Part shown: piece after piece, positions 56,230 through 64,000 of the stretch
How the letters are laid out: every line of letters begins with the position of its first letter
Position numbering within the stretch: the stretch's first letter is position 1
Assembly: GCA_050115675.1 (NCBI GenBank)
Contig: JASFQB010000002.1
Location: 132,376-196,375, forward strand
DNA from: Candidatus Woesebacteria bacterium
Lineage (GTDB): Bacteria; Patescibacteriota; Saccharimonadia; Saccharimonadales; EFPC-124
Length of the DNA stretch: 64,000 nt
Direction of reading: 5' to 3'
Notes under the pieces: generated by a model
What the model saw: only the letters and a program-made list of their open reading frames with translations
Told to the model about the DNA's origin: nothing
Database searches by the model: none
Translations under genes and position numbers: made by a program

Positions 56230-56766
56230 TTATAACTCAATGTTAAGTATTACTTGGTCGTCGTTTTCTGACAGGCCAGACGGATTATCTTTTTTAAGCA
56301 CTAGCGTGCCAGCACCAGATCCGCTAAATGGTAAGATTGTACTAAAAGGCACCAAATCTGTAGTCATCCAGTCTCCATCAATTTTTACAATTGATTCGCC
56401 AATGTTATTGCCATCACTGTCCTTAACTGATATCACAAAATCGCCCTCATCAGCCCAGTTGCCAGGAATTTGCCCAATGACAGTTACTGGGCTGTCGATA
56501 ATGTCATTATTTGATGGGTTATAAACAAGCACTTGCTCGCCTTTTTGCGACATATAGCTAATTTTTGGAAACTCACCTATCTGTTGTTCTAAATCGCTAA
56601 TTTTGGCGTTTTTTTCGTTGATAACGCTTTGTTGCCAAAAGTAGGCAACGGCTGTAGTTGCAATAAATGTAATTACTAAAATAATTAAAACAAACACCTG
56701 GGCATTTTGTTTTTGAGGCGCAGGCGACGTAACATTGTGTTGTGATGAATTAAAATTATCTTGCAT
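56230..56766 (-). CDS. Membrane-anchored Gmad2 immunoglobulin-like domain protein
   Basis: TM anchor. SPVTVIGQIPGNWADEGDFVISVKDSDGN...DWMTTDLVPFSTILPF...GTLVLKKDNPSG matches the Gmad2 pattern. Confidence 0.6.
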   Translation of the reverse strand: MQDNFNSSQHNVTSPAPQKQNAQVFVLIILVITFIATTAVAYFWQQSVINEKNAKISDLEQQIGEFPKISYMSQKGEQVLVYNPSNNDIIDSPVTVIGQIPGNWADEGDFVISVKDSDGNNIGESIVKIDGDWMTTDLVPFSTILPFSGSGAGTLVLKKDNPSGLSENDDQVILNIEL

Positions 56767-56818
56767 GGTGAGTTAATTATAGCACTTAAGTATTGACTAT
56801 GCCTGCAAAAATAATACC

Positions 56819-56895
56819 TGGTGGAGCTGAGGGGAGTCGAACTCCTGACCTCTGCAATGCGAATGCAGTGCTCTAGCCAACTGAGCCACAGTCCC
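56819..56895 (-). tRNA. tRNA-Ala (anticodon CGC), CCA encoded
   Basis: 77-nt cloverleaf folded by hand. GGGACTG acceptor with G3:U70, anticodon stem CTGCA/TGCAG, loop TTCGCAT, T-loop TTCGACT, discriminator A plus CCA. Two A-C mismatches (4:69, 52:62). Confidence 0.8.
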
Positions 56896-56938
56896 AATGC
56901 AAACATTGTGGCAGCTGACGCAGGGGAGGTCAATAAAT

Positions 56939-57232
56939 TTATTCTTTTGGGTTTAGATGTCCGTAATGTGGTGCTGTAGGTTCGCCATGGTGGGCGTTGA
57001 AGTCTGTTGCACCTGTAATGCCTTCGTCATAAATCTCTGCTGGTTGCATTTCGCCATCCGTTCTTGGGTCTTGTGGCGATAAGGTTTCTTTTATGTCGGT
57101 CGGTGGCGCAGCTGGGGATTCGTAATCTTGTGATAGTCTTGGCTCGTCGTGCAGAGGGTCAAAAATGTAATTTGCTGCTTTTGGTTTTTCTTCTGCTAAA
57201 AAGTCTAAATCGTCATTATTTTGACTGCTCAT
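56939..57232 (-). CDS. Acidic, Pro-rich, probably disordered protein (97 aa)
   Basis: ORF with AGGAGC upstream of the ATG. Composition-biased sequence, no motif. Confidence 0.4.
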   Translation of the reverse strand: MSSQNNDDLDFLAEEKPKAANYIFDPLHDEPRLSQDYESPAAPPTDIKETLSPQDPRTDGEMQPAEIYDEGITGATDFNAHHGEPTAPHYGHLNPKE

Positions 57233-57334
57233 TTTTTGCTCCTTAACTTATTTTTAAAGGCGGTAGGTGTTGTAGTTTATTAAAAAACAACTTTATTACC
57301 AAGCACGTTAACTTACTTATGTTACCATAAAAAT

Positions 57335-58096
57335 ATGAGACCTGTATGGAACGGATCAATAAGCTTTGGACTGGTATCTATTCCGGTCAGTGCTTTTGCT
57401 GCGGCTAATCCACGACAGGGCATTGATTTGACTATGTTGCATAAAGATGATGGAGGGTCTATACGCTATGCTCGAATCTGTCGAAAAGACGGGCAAGAGA
57501 TACCCTGGAACGATATAGCCAAAGGTTACGAATATCAAGAGGGCGATTACGTTGTCTTGACTCAAAAAGAATTAGACAGATTAGGCGTAAAGAAAAGTCA
57601 GACCATAGATATTATGCAATTTGTTGATGAGCCAGAGATTGATATACGCTATTTTGAAAAACCGTATTACCTAGAACCGCAAAAGGGAGGCGAAAAGGCA
57701 TATGCATTGTTGCGCGAGGCCATGCAAAAAACAGGTAAACTTGCGCTGGCGAGTTTTGTTATGCACGAGCATTCACGCTTGGCGGCAATAAAACCAGTGG
57801 GCAAAGTGCTTGTCTTAAACCAAATGCGCTATCCATCTGATTTAAGAAATCCTCGTGATTTGCAATTACCAAGCACGTCTGGCTTGGCGTCTGACGAAAT
57901 TGATATGGCGCTAAAATTAATAAAACAAAACATAAAACCTTTTATCCCAGAGGATTTAAAAGACAGCTACACTGACGAGCTCGAAGATTTAATAAATGCA
58001 AAGGTAAAAGGTCAAAAACCAAAGATGCAATCTAAGGAGCGACAGGCTACTACAAAAGATCTAATGTCTGCGCTTAAAGCAAGCTTAAAGGGTTGA
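57335..58096 (+). CDS. ku: Ku protein (bacterial NHEJ DNA-end binding)
   Basis: MRPVWNGSISFGLVSIPV, YEKPYYLEP and KLALASFVMHEHSRLAAI are diagnostic for bacterial Ku. Basic C-terminal tail. Confidence 0.9.
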   Translation: MRPVWNGSISFGLVSIPVSAFAAANPRQGIDLTMLHKDDGGSIRYARICRKDGQEIPWNDIAKGYEYQEGDYVVLTQKELDRLGVKKSQTIDIMQFVDEPEIDIRYFEKPYYLEPQKGGEKAYALLREAMQKTGKLALASFVMHEHSRLAAIKPVGKVLVLNQMRYPSDLRNPRDLQLPSTSGLASDEIDMALKLIKQNIKPFIPEDLKDSYTDELEDLINAKVKGQKPKMQSKERQATTKDLMSALKASLKG

Positions 58097-58100
58097 GTGA

Positions 58101-60479
58101 ATGAGTTTGAGCGACTATTCAAAAAAACGTAATTTTAGCAGCACTCCAGAACCAGCTGTTGGTGTTGCAAAAAAGCATACTAAACTGGCGTTTGTTGTGC
58201 AACAGCATCAAGCGTCGCATTTACATTATGATTTTAGACTAGAGATAGATGGTGTTTTAAAAAGCTGGGCTGTACCAAAGGGGCCAAGCATGAATCCGCA
58301 CGAACACCATCTGGCTGTTATGGTAGAGGACCATCCATATTCGTATAAAGATTTTGAAGGCGAAATTCCAAAAGGTAGCTACGGTGCGGGAACGGTAAAA
58401 ATCTGGGACAAGGGCTACTATGAGCCTCGTAAGAGCAATGCATCTGAAGATTTGATGACTCTAAAGCAAGGGCTAGAAAGCGGGCACATTACATTTGTTT
58501 TGCACGGAAAAAAATTAAAAGGCGAATTTGCTTTGGTTAGGTTGCATAACTCTAGCCAAGAAAAAGCTTGGCTTTTGATAAAAAAAGCTGATAAATATGC
58601 AAAAAAATCATTAGAAGAAAAGCCTAGTCTAAGTGACTACCCAAAAAAGCCTATGCCCAAAAATGTTAATCCTATGCTGTGTATACTAACAGACGAACCG
58701 TTTAGTAAAGAGGGTTGGAGGTTCGAAATAAAATGGGACGGATACAGGGCAATTGCAAGCAAGCGTAGGGGTGATGTTAGGTTGTATTCGCGAAACCACA
58801 ACGATTTTACAGACAAGTTCGAGCCAGTTATGCAAGCCCTGCACGATATAAAACATGACGTTGTTGTAGATGGCGAGATTGTGTCTGTAGATTCTGAAGG
58901 GGTTAGTCATTTTGAGTGGTTGCAAAATTGGCAGTCTAATCCACGAGGGGTGCTGCAATACCAAATCTTTGACATTTTATGGTGCGATGGTGTGGATGTG
59001 CAAAAAATGCCGCTAAACTTGCGCAAATTTCTTTTAAAATCTGTTTTGCCAAAAAGCAAAACACTACATCTTAGTGATGACGTCGAGATTAAGGGTGAAG
59101 ATTTGTTTAAGCAAGCTCAAGGACATGGTCTTGAGGGTGTTGTTGCAAAAAGAGATGGCAGTCAATATAAACAGGGTGAGCGTGGTAACGATTGGCTAAA
59201 AATTAAAACGCATATGCGCCAAGAGTTTGCCATTGGTGGCTACACCGAACCCAAAGGGTCTAGGAAATATCTTGGCTCGTTGTTGCTGGGTGTTTTTGAG
59301 GGTAAAAAACTTATTTACGCTGGGCGCTCTGGCGGTGGAATGTCAGAAGAATTGCGAAAAACTTTAAGCCAGCAACTTGCAAAAATACAAATATCAGCCT
59401 CGCCATTTAATACTATGACAAAACTAAATTCTGTTGTACACTGGGTTCGTCCGGAGTTGGTGTGTGAGGTAAGTTTTAGCGAATGGACACAAGAGGGACG
59501 TTTGCGCCAACCAAAATTTGAAGGTTTACGAAGTGATAAAAAACCCGCAGAAATAAAAGTAGAAAAGTCCACTCTACCTAAAGCAAACTCTATGATTTCA
59601 AAATTAAATTTGCCGTTTGAAGCTACAAATTTAGATAAAGTGTTTTTTCCAAAGCATGGATACACTAAAGATGATTTGTTCGAATATTATATTTCGGTTG
59701 CAAAATACATTTTGCCTTACATAAAGGGTCGAGCTCTGTCACTTAATAGAATGCCAGATGGCATAAGCGGGCAATCGTTTTTTCAAAAAAATAACCCGCA
59801 CTTACCTGAGTGGGCTTCGTATGCGGATATTTTTTCTGAAAGCAATAATACAAACTTACGCTGGCTGGTTGGCCGTGATGAGGCAACGCTTTTGTACGCT
59901 GTTCAGCTTGGTTCTGTAGAAATTAATCCTTGGAATTCCAAGGTTAGTCATCTAACTAGGCCAGATTGGGCTGTGATCGATCTCGATCCTCATGGTGTTG
60001 GCTTTGACAAAGTCATAGAAACTGCAAAAACCGTTCACGCAATATGCCAGGAATGGAAGATTCCTAATTATGTAAAAACATCTGGAATCGCAGGCTTGCA
60101 CATTTATATACCTTTGCATGCTAAATATACAAATGATCAAGCAAAAAATTTGGCGCACTTAATTGCATTAGAGACAAACAGTAGATTGCCTAAGACTACA
60201 AGCGTCTTAAGAAGTCCTGATAAGCGGCAGCGCAAAGTGTATATTGATTTTTTGCAAAATCGCGAAGGGCAAACTGTAGTTGCTCCATATTCTGTGCGTC
60301 CAACGGCTGACGCCAGCATATCAATGCCATTAGCGTGGAGTGAAGTTGATATGGGGCTTGATCCATCAATGTTTAATATAAAGAATGCGCTTAAGCGTAT
60401 AAAAAAAGTTGGAGATTTGTGGACTCCAGTATTAAAAGAAGCCGTGGATCTAAAGGCGGTTCTTGAAAAAATCGATTGA
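58101..60479 (+). CDS. ligD: Multidomain ATP-dependent DNA ligase LigD (phosphoesterase-ligase-polymerase order)
   Basis: PE domain FVVQQHQASHLHYDFRLE...WAVPKGPS. Ligase adenylation motif EIKWDGYR, then LEGVVAKR and WLKIK. C-terminal primase-polymerase (DLDP...SGIAGLHIYIPL...VAPYSVRP). Confidence 0.9.
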   Translation: MSLSDYSKKRNFSSTPEPAVGVAKKHTKLAFVVQQHQASHLHYDFRLEIDGVLKSWAVPKGPSMNPHEHHLAVMVEDHPYSYKDFEGEIPKGSYGAGTVKIWDKGYYEPRKSNASEDLMTLKQGLESGHITFVLHGKKLKGEFALVRLHNSSQEKAWLLIKKADKYAKKSLEEKPSLSDYPKKPMPKNVNPMLCILTDEPFSKEGWRFEIKWDGYRAIASKRRGDVRLYSRNHNDFTDKFEPVMQALHDIKHDVVVDGEIVSVDSEGVSHFEWLQNWQSNPRGVLQYQIFDILWCDGVDVQKMPLNLRKFLLKSVLPKSKTLHLSDDVEIKGEDLFKQAQGHGLEGVVAKRDGSQYKQGERGNDWLKIKTHMRQEFAIGGYTEPKGSRKYLGSLLLGVFEGKKLIYAGRSGGGMSEELRKTLSQQLAKIQISASPFNTMTKLNSVVHWVRPELVCEVSFSEWTQEGRLRQPKFEGLRSDKKPAEIKVEKSTLPKANSMISKLNLPFEATNLDKVFFPKHGYTKDDLFEYYISVAKYILPYIKGRALSLNRMPDGISGQSFFQKNNPHLPEWASYADIFSESNNTNLRWLVGRDEATLLYAVQLGSVEINPWNSKVSHLTRPDWAVIDLDPHGVGFDKVIETAKTVHAICQEWKIPNYVKTSGIAGLHIYIPLHAKYTNDQAKNLAHLIALETNSRLPKTTSVLRSPDKRQRKVYIDFLQNREGQTVVAPYSVRPTADASISMPLAWSEVDMGLDPSMFNIKNALKRIKKVGDLWTPVLKEAVDLKAVLEKID

Positions 60480-60549
60480 TCCTGGCTATGGCGGCGCAGG
60501 AGCTGATAATATGTTATCATTGTTATGTATCATGATGTGATCTTCAACA

Positions 60550-60957
60550 ATGGAGGCGGTCGTGTTGGACGGCGCAAGGATTTTGCCACAAGCCGATCAT
60601 AAAATGAGTGTAAACGAGTTTAGAGGGTTTGTTGGGAGATTTGCGGCAGCTCAGTCGTTTTTTACTGTGACTATGTTTAGGCACACTAATCAAGGGTATA
60701 ATGTTGTTTTTAAAGGACAGGGAGGTGTCCCAGTCGTTAGAGTAGCGATTGTGGGCATAGGCAGTCATAATATTGAATCAACATGGGTTGCAAGCGATGT
60801 CATTGCGGTTAAGCTGACAGAGCGCGGGCAGTATAGTAGTGATGTTGCAAGGGTCGTAGAGCAGGCTCTTGACAATACACTTGGCAGCGTATTGTTGTCT
60901 GTCAGGTGTGGGGTTGTATTTTGTGCAACATTTTTGCAGGGCAACATACTGCCCTAA
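60550..60957 (+). CDS. Hypothetical protein (135 aa)
   Basis: ORF only. No motif. Weak start context. Confidence 0.35.
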   Translation: MEAVVLDGARILPQADHKMSVNEFRGFVGRFAAAQSFFTVTMFRHTNQGYNVVFKGQGGVPVVRVAIVGIGSHNIESTWVASDVIAVKLTERGQYSSDVARVVEQALDNTLGSVLLSVRCGVVFCATFLQGNILP

Positions 60958-61091
60958 GGTCTGATGTGGGCAAAGAGCTTGCTAAAACAAGTTCTTTGCC
61001 TACTAAGAAAGATATTGATGCTTGAGGGTATTGTTAAAATGCCAATAAATGAGTAAGCTTAAGCTATAAGTAATTAGGGGGTTAGTTAAAG

Positions 61092-61577
61092 ATGGAAGCA
61101 TTAGTTAAGCCGATCGAAGCGCTGTTAATGCCATTGTTTAAGTCTTTGCCATCATTGCCTGATGATGTCAGAAAAACGTTAGTTAAAATATGGCCATGGG
61201 CGGCACTTGTTATAGGTGTCTTGCAGGTTTACTCTTTATTCAGTTTATGGCAGCTGACCACGATTACCTATGGCTTTGGTCTTGGTGCCCGTTACGGAAT
61301 GGGGTTTTTCTTCTACTTGGGTCTGCTGACGCTGGCTTTAAACGGGGTGCTGATGCTATGTGCATTCTCTCCACTTAGAAAGTACAAAAAAAGTGGTTGG
61401 GATCTTTTGTTACTTGGCGCAACTGTCTACCTTGTTTATGGAGTACTGATGATGCTTGAGCCGCACTATGGCAGTGCCTTTGGTAGCTTGTTGGGTGCGA
61501 TTATTTCAAGTGCAGTCGCATATTACTTTTTGTTTCAGGTACGAGACTACTACACTGGCGCAAAAAAGATGAAATAA
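61092..61577 (+). CDS. Membrane protein (4 TM), unknown function
   Basis: Hydrophobic ORF with GGGGG upstream. Followed by a terminator. Confidence 0.5.
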   Translation: MEALVKPIEALLMPLFKSLPSLPDDVRKTLVKIWPWAALVIGVLQVYSLFSLWQLTTITYGFGLGARYGMGFFFYLGLLTLALNGVLMLCAFSPLRKYKKSGWDLLLLGATVYLVYGVLMMLEPHYGSAFGSLLGAIISSAVAYYFLFQVRDYYTGAKKMK

Positions 61578-61591
61578 TTTTAAATTTTTGT

Positions 61592-61625
61592 AAAAAATAG
61601 GCCTCATATGAGGTCTATTTTTTAT
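61592..61625. terminator. Bidirectional terminator between convergent genes
   Basis: aaaaaataggcctca-t-atgaggtctatttttt. Confidence 0.7.
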
Positions 61626-62056
61626 ACATCTTCTGGAACAGAAAGCAGCTTTTCTAGCCTAGCTCGGTTGGCCCATTGGTCTGCAAGCTCGTTGCCGGGG
61701 TCGTTATTGTGTCCACGCACCCAGCTTAGTTCGGCATTTGACTTGCGGTAAAGTGAGCAAACTTCAATAACTATGTCTAGGTTTTTTATTTCGCCACCTT
61801 TCTTTTTCCAGCCGTTTTTTTCCCACGTTAAAGACCACTTTGTAATTACGTTTATCCAAAATTCGCTATCTGTATGTATTTTTGCGCTTTGACTGCCCGC
61901 GTCTTTTAGCGCGGCTATTAGTGCAAAGCCTTCCATTCTAATGTTTGTAGATTCAATTTCGTGGCCAAGCAGATGAGGTTTCATCTCTTTGATAACGGCA
62001 AAACCCCCAGCGCCTGGGTTTGGCTCGCAACTGCCGTCAGTGTGATAAATGATCAT
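61622..62056 (-). CDS. rnhA: Ribonuclease HI
   Basis: DEDD residues in YHTDGSC, TNIRMEGFA, IHTDSE, GNELADQWA. Length 144 aa. Confidence 0.85.
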   Translation of the reverse strand: MIIYHTDGSCEPNPGAGGFAVIKEMKPHLLGHEIESTNIRMEGFALIAALKDAGSQSAKIHTDSEFWINVITKWSLTWEKNGWKKKGGEIKNLDIVIEVCSLYRKSNAELSWVRGHNNDPGNELADQWANRARLEKLLSVPEDV

Positions 62057-62165
62057 TTTAACATTTTATGCTGCAAATGCATTTTAATCAATGTAAGGGG
62101 CATTTTAAGCTGCGCCAAATTGTCAAGAGTTTACTTTGCACTATTTATTAATGATAATAATTACC

Positions 62166-62552
62166 ATGAACTATACGGGCGAAGTAATTGAAGAAAGTTT
62201 GCAAAGTTTAGACTTACTTGGTCAGCTTGATATTAAATCATCGCGCACAGAAAAGGTCACAGATGCGCATAAAACTCCGTGGCTTGAAAAATGGACTTTG
62301 CACACGGTTGAAGTATCGGCAGAAGCGATAGAAGATCTGGCTCACAAATTGAGCCAGATTTTAAAACCAAAGCACTGGTATGCGGATTTTAAAAATGACG
62401 ATAAGCATGTTATCGTGTTTCCAGGTAAGGTTTTTAATGTTGATCGTAATAATCAAAAAAACTATAAAGATGCAATTGATCACGGAGAGGCCTTGTCTAT
62501 CCCGCGACATCATTTTTGCTTTTTGTTAGAATCAAAAGATTGGAAATTATGA
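62166..62552 (+). CDS. Hypothetical protein (~128 aa)
   Basis: ORF whose stop overlaps the flavodoxin start (ATGA). Start uncertain (track start 62136 is TTG). Confidence 0.45.
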   Translation: MNYTGEVIEESLQSLDLLGQLDIKSSRTEKVTDAHKTPWLEKWTLHTVEVSAEAIEDLAHKLSQILKPKHWYADFKNDDKHVIVFPGKVFNVDRNNQKNYKDAIDHGEALSIPRHHFCFLLESKDWKL

Positions 62553-63016
62553 AAAGTTTAGTAGTTTATTGCTCTGCATTTGGTAATACTAAAAAAGTTG
62601 CGCAAGCCATGGCCGAAGAAGTTGGCACAAAGGCTATTGAAGCGCAAGATTTTACAGAAGAGTCATTAAAAGGACTAGACCTGCTTTTTGTGGGTTCGCC
62701 AACTCAAGGTGGTCGGCCTTTACCTGTTTTGACAAACAAAATTAAGTCATTCTCGCAAGATTCTTTTGCAGGACTTGCGGTAGCAACCTATGACACACGC
62801 TTTGCGCAAGATGGTCATGGCTGGTTTTTAAAAATATTAACAAAAACCATTGGTTATGCGGCAGAAAAACTTGCAAATAGCTTAAAAGACAAAGACGCAA
62901 ACATTGTAGGCGAGCCTGCTGGTTTTATTGTTGACGATAAAGAAGGCCCACTTGCCAGGGGTGAGTTAGAGCGTGCAAAAAAATGGGCTAAACAAATCTG
63001 CAATTTAATAGCCTAA
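62549..63016 (+). CDS. Flavodoxin-domain protein
   Basis: MKSLVVYCSAFGNTKKVAQAMAEEV (FMN phosphate-binding loop) and LLFVGSPTQGG. Confidence 0.7.
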   Translation: MKSLVVYCSAFGNTKKVAQAMAEEVGTKAIEAQDFTEESLKGLDLLFVGSPTQGGRPLPVLTNKIKSFSQDSFAGLAVATYDTRFAQDGHGWFLKILTKTIGYAAEKLANSLKDKDANIVGEPAGFIVDDKEGPLARGELERAKKWAKQICNLIA

Positions 63017-63021
63017 ATTAA

Positions 63022-63987
63022 ATGAAGCTACTTAATCCGGAACAATATTACAACAGTCTATATAACGCTATTTGTAATGCAAAAAAACGCATCATTTTGG
63101 CAAGCATGGTCATGTATGCAGACGACACGACCATGTCAATTTTTGAACAAATCTTAAAAGCAGCTAAAAGCGGAGTAAAAGTAGACTTGTACGTTGACTC
63201 GGGTTTTAGACATTTGCTTATTGGCAGCTATCCGTATTCGCCACGCAAACACCGCGAACTACTAGGTAAAACTATAGACATGTTTGCCAGGCTTGCAGAT
63301 TTTGGAGTGGCGATACACGAGCTGCGACAAGTAGGGCTAAATCCTTTTAAAGGCAGGTGTCATATAAAAGCCTCCGTTGTAGATGATCAGGTTTTTAGCT
63401 TTGGCGGAATTAATTTTAGCGGGCTGTCGTTTAAAAGCACAGATTACATGCTGCATAAAACAGATCAGCAGCTAGCAGGCAAAATTGCAGACTATTTGCC
63501 AAAATTAAAAAACAAAACCATGTACGACCAAGTAATTAAAATCGATGATATCAACCATATTTTATTAGACGCAGGTCGGACGGGCTGTTCGGTTATTTAT
63601 GACAAAGCATGCTTGCTATCTAAAAAAGCTAAAAAAATCTACTACGTTTCGCAGATGGTCCCAAGCGGAAAGCTGGCTAAAAGTATAAGATCTTCTGACG
63701 CAGTTTGCTATTTTAATCGCGCCTCACAGGGAGCGGGTGCTATTGTGCTGTCGCTTGCATTGGATAAAGCACATGCTCGTATAAAAAACTCGTATAAACG
63801 CAGCGAGTATATTCATGCAAAATTCATACTATTTGAGCTAAACGATGGCAGCAAAGCTCTTATAAGCGGGTCACACAACTTTAGTTGGCGCGGCGTAGCC
63901 TATGGCACTCAAGAGATTGCGCTTTATTCTAAAGACGAAACGCTGTGGCAACAACTGTACGATTTTATGCAAAAAAATATTGTTTAA
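63022..63987 (+). CDS. Phospholipase D-family (two HKD motifs) protein
   Basis: HKD-like motifs CHIKASVVDDQVFSFGGINF and IHAKFILFE...ISGSHNFS. Confidence 0.65.
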   Translation: MKLLNPEQYYNSLYNAICNAKKRIILASMVMYADDTTMSIFEQILKAAKSGVKVDLYVDSGFRHLLIGSYPYSPRKHRELLGKTIDMFARLADFGVAIHELRQVGLNPFKGRCHIKASVVDDQVFSFGGINFSGLSFKSTDYMLHKTDQQLAGKIADYLPKLKNKTMYDQVIKIDDINHILLDAGRTGCSVIYDKACLLSKKAKKIYYVSQMVPSGKLAKSIRSSDAVCYFNRASQGAGAIVLSLALDKAHARIKNSYKRSEYIHAKFILFELNDGSKALISGSHNFSWRGVAYGTQEIALYSKDETLWQQLYDFMQKNIV

Positions 63988-64000
63988 ATAATCGCAATCT

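Noticed and set aside
56685-56933. 82-aa minus-strand ORF in the track
   Set aside because: It reads straight through tRNA-Ala(CGC) on the same strand, and no independent coding evidence supports it.

Overview
This is an accessory-rich, compositionally mosaic bacterial window. Genes are Shine-Dalgarno led and tightly packed, both tRNAs encode CCA, and the background is moderately AT-rich with several visibly GC-rich patches. Origin cannot be fixed without a search. Many products look actinobacterial (DUF3068/PorA family, Streptomyces-type GH46 chitosanase, Ku/LigD, a TDKTRPY protein) but sit in AT-richer DNA. By inference this fits a small-genome organism that exchanges genes with Actinobacteria, for example a Saccharibacteria-like epibiont. 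Left third (3.7-18.7 kb): tRNA-Gln(UUG) is followed by three stacked insertions, bounded by four decayed copies of the tRNA 3' end plus terminator. No integrase is present. Insertion 1 carries a wHTH-GHKL ATPase-STAS(DUF4325) protein and a divergent class II LysRS that overlaps a transglutaminase-like gene. Insertion 2 carries a NYN gene and a Shedu-like DUF4263 gene in one reading frame, broken only by three in-frame TAG codons. Insertion 3 is a start/stop-overlap-coupled type I R-M operon (GIY-YIG/DUF4357, hsdM, Bro-N, RhuM, hsdS, hsdR) with a Bro-N insertion scar and a 12-bp x4 repeat in hsdS. The middle holds msrAB, a broken DUF3068 gene, an orphan CHASE histidine kinase, gadBC, a thiol-redox module and a secreted glycan/cell-wall hydrolase cluster. 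In that cluster GH46 and GH18 genes share an identical 283-bp 5' module. The right part holds a strongly GC-rich foreign gene next to two unknown genes, hdeD, a class A PBP, tRNA-Ala(CGC), Ku-LigD, rnhA, flavodoxin and a PLD-family gene. Three genes carry frameshifts (msrB, DUF3068, an ABC exporter); these are either decay or assembly indels. No CRISPR array, rRNA or transposase was seen.
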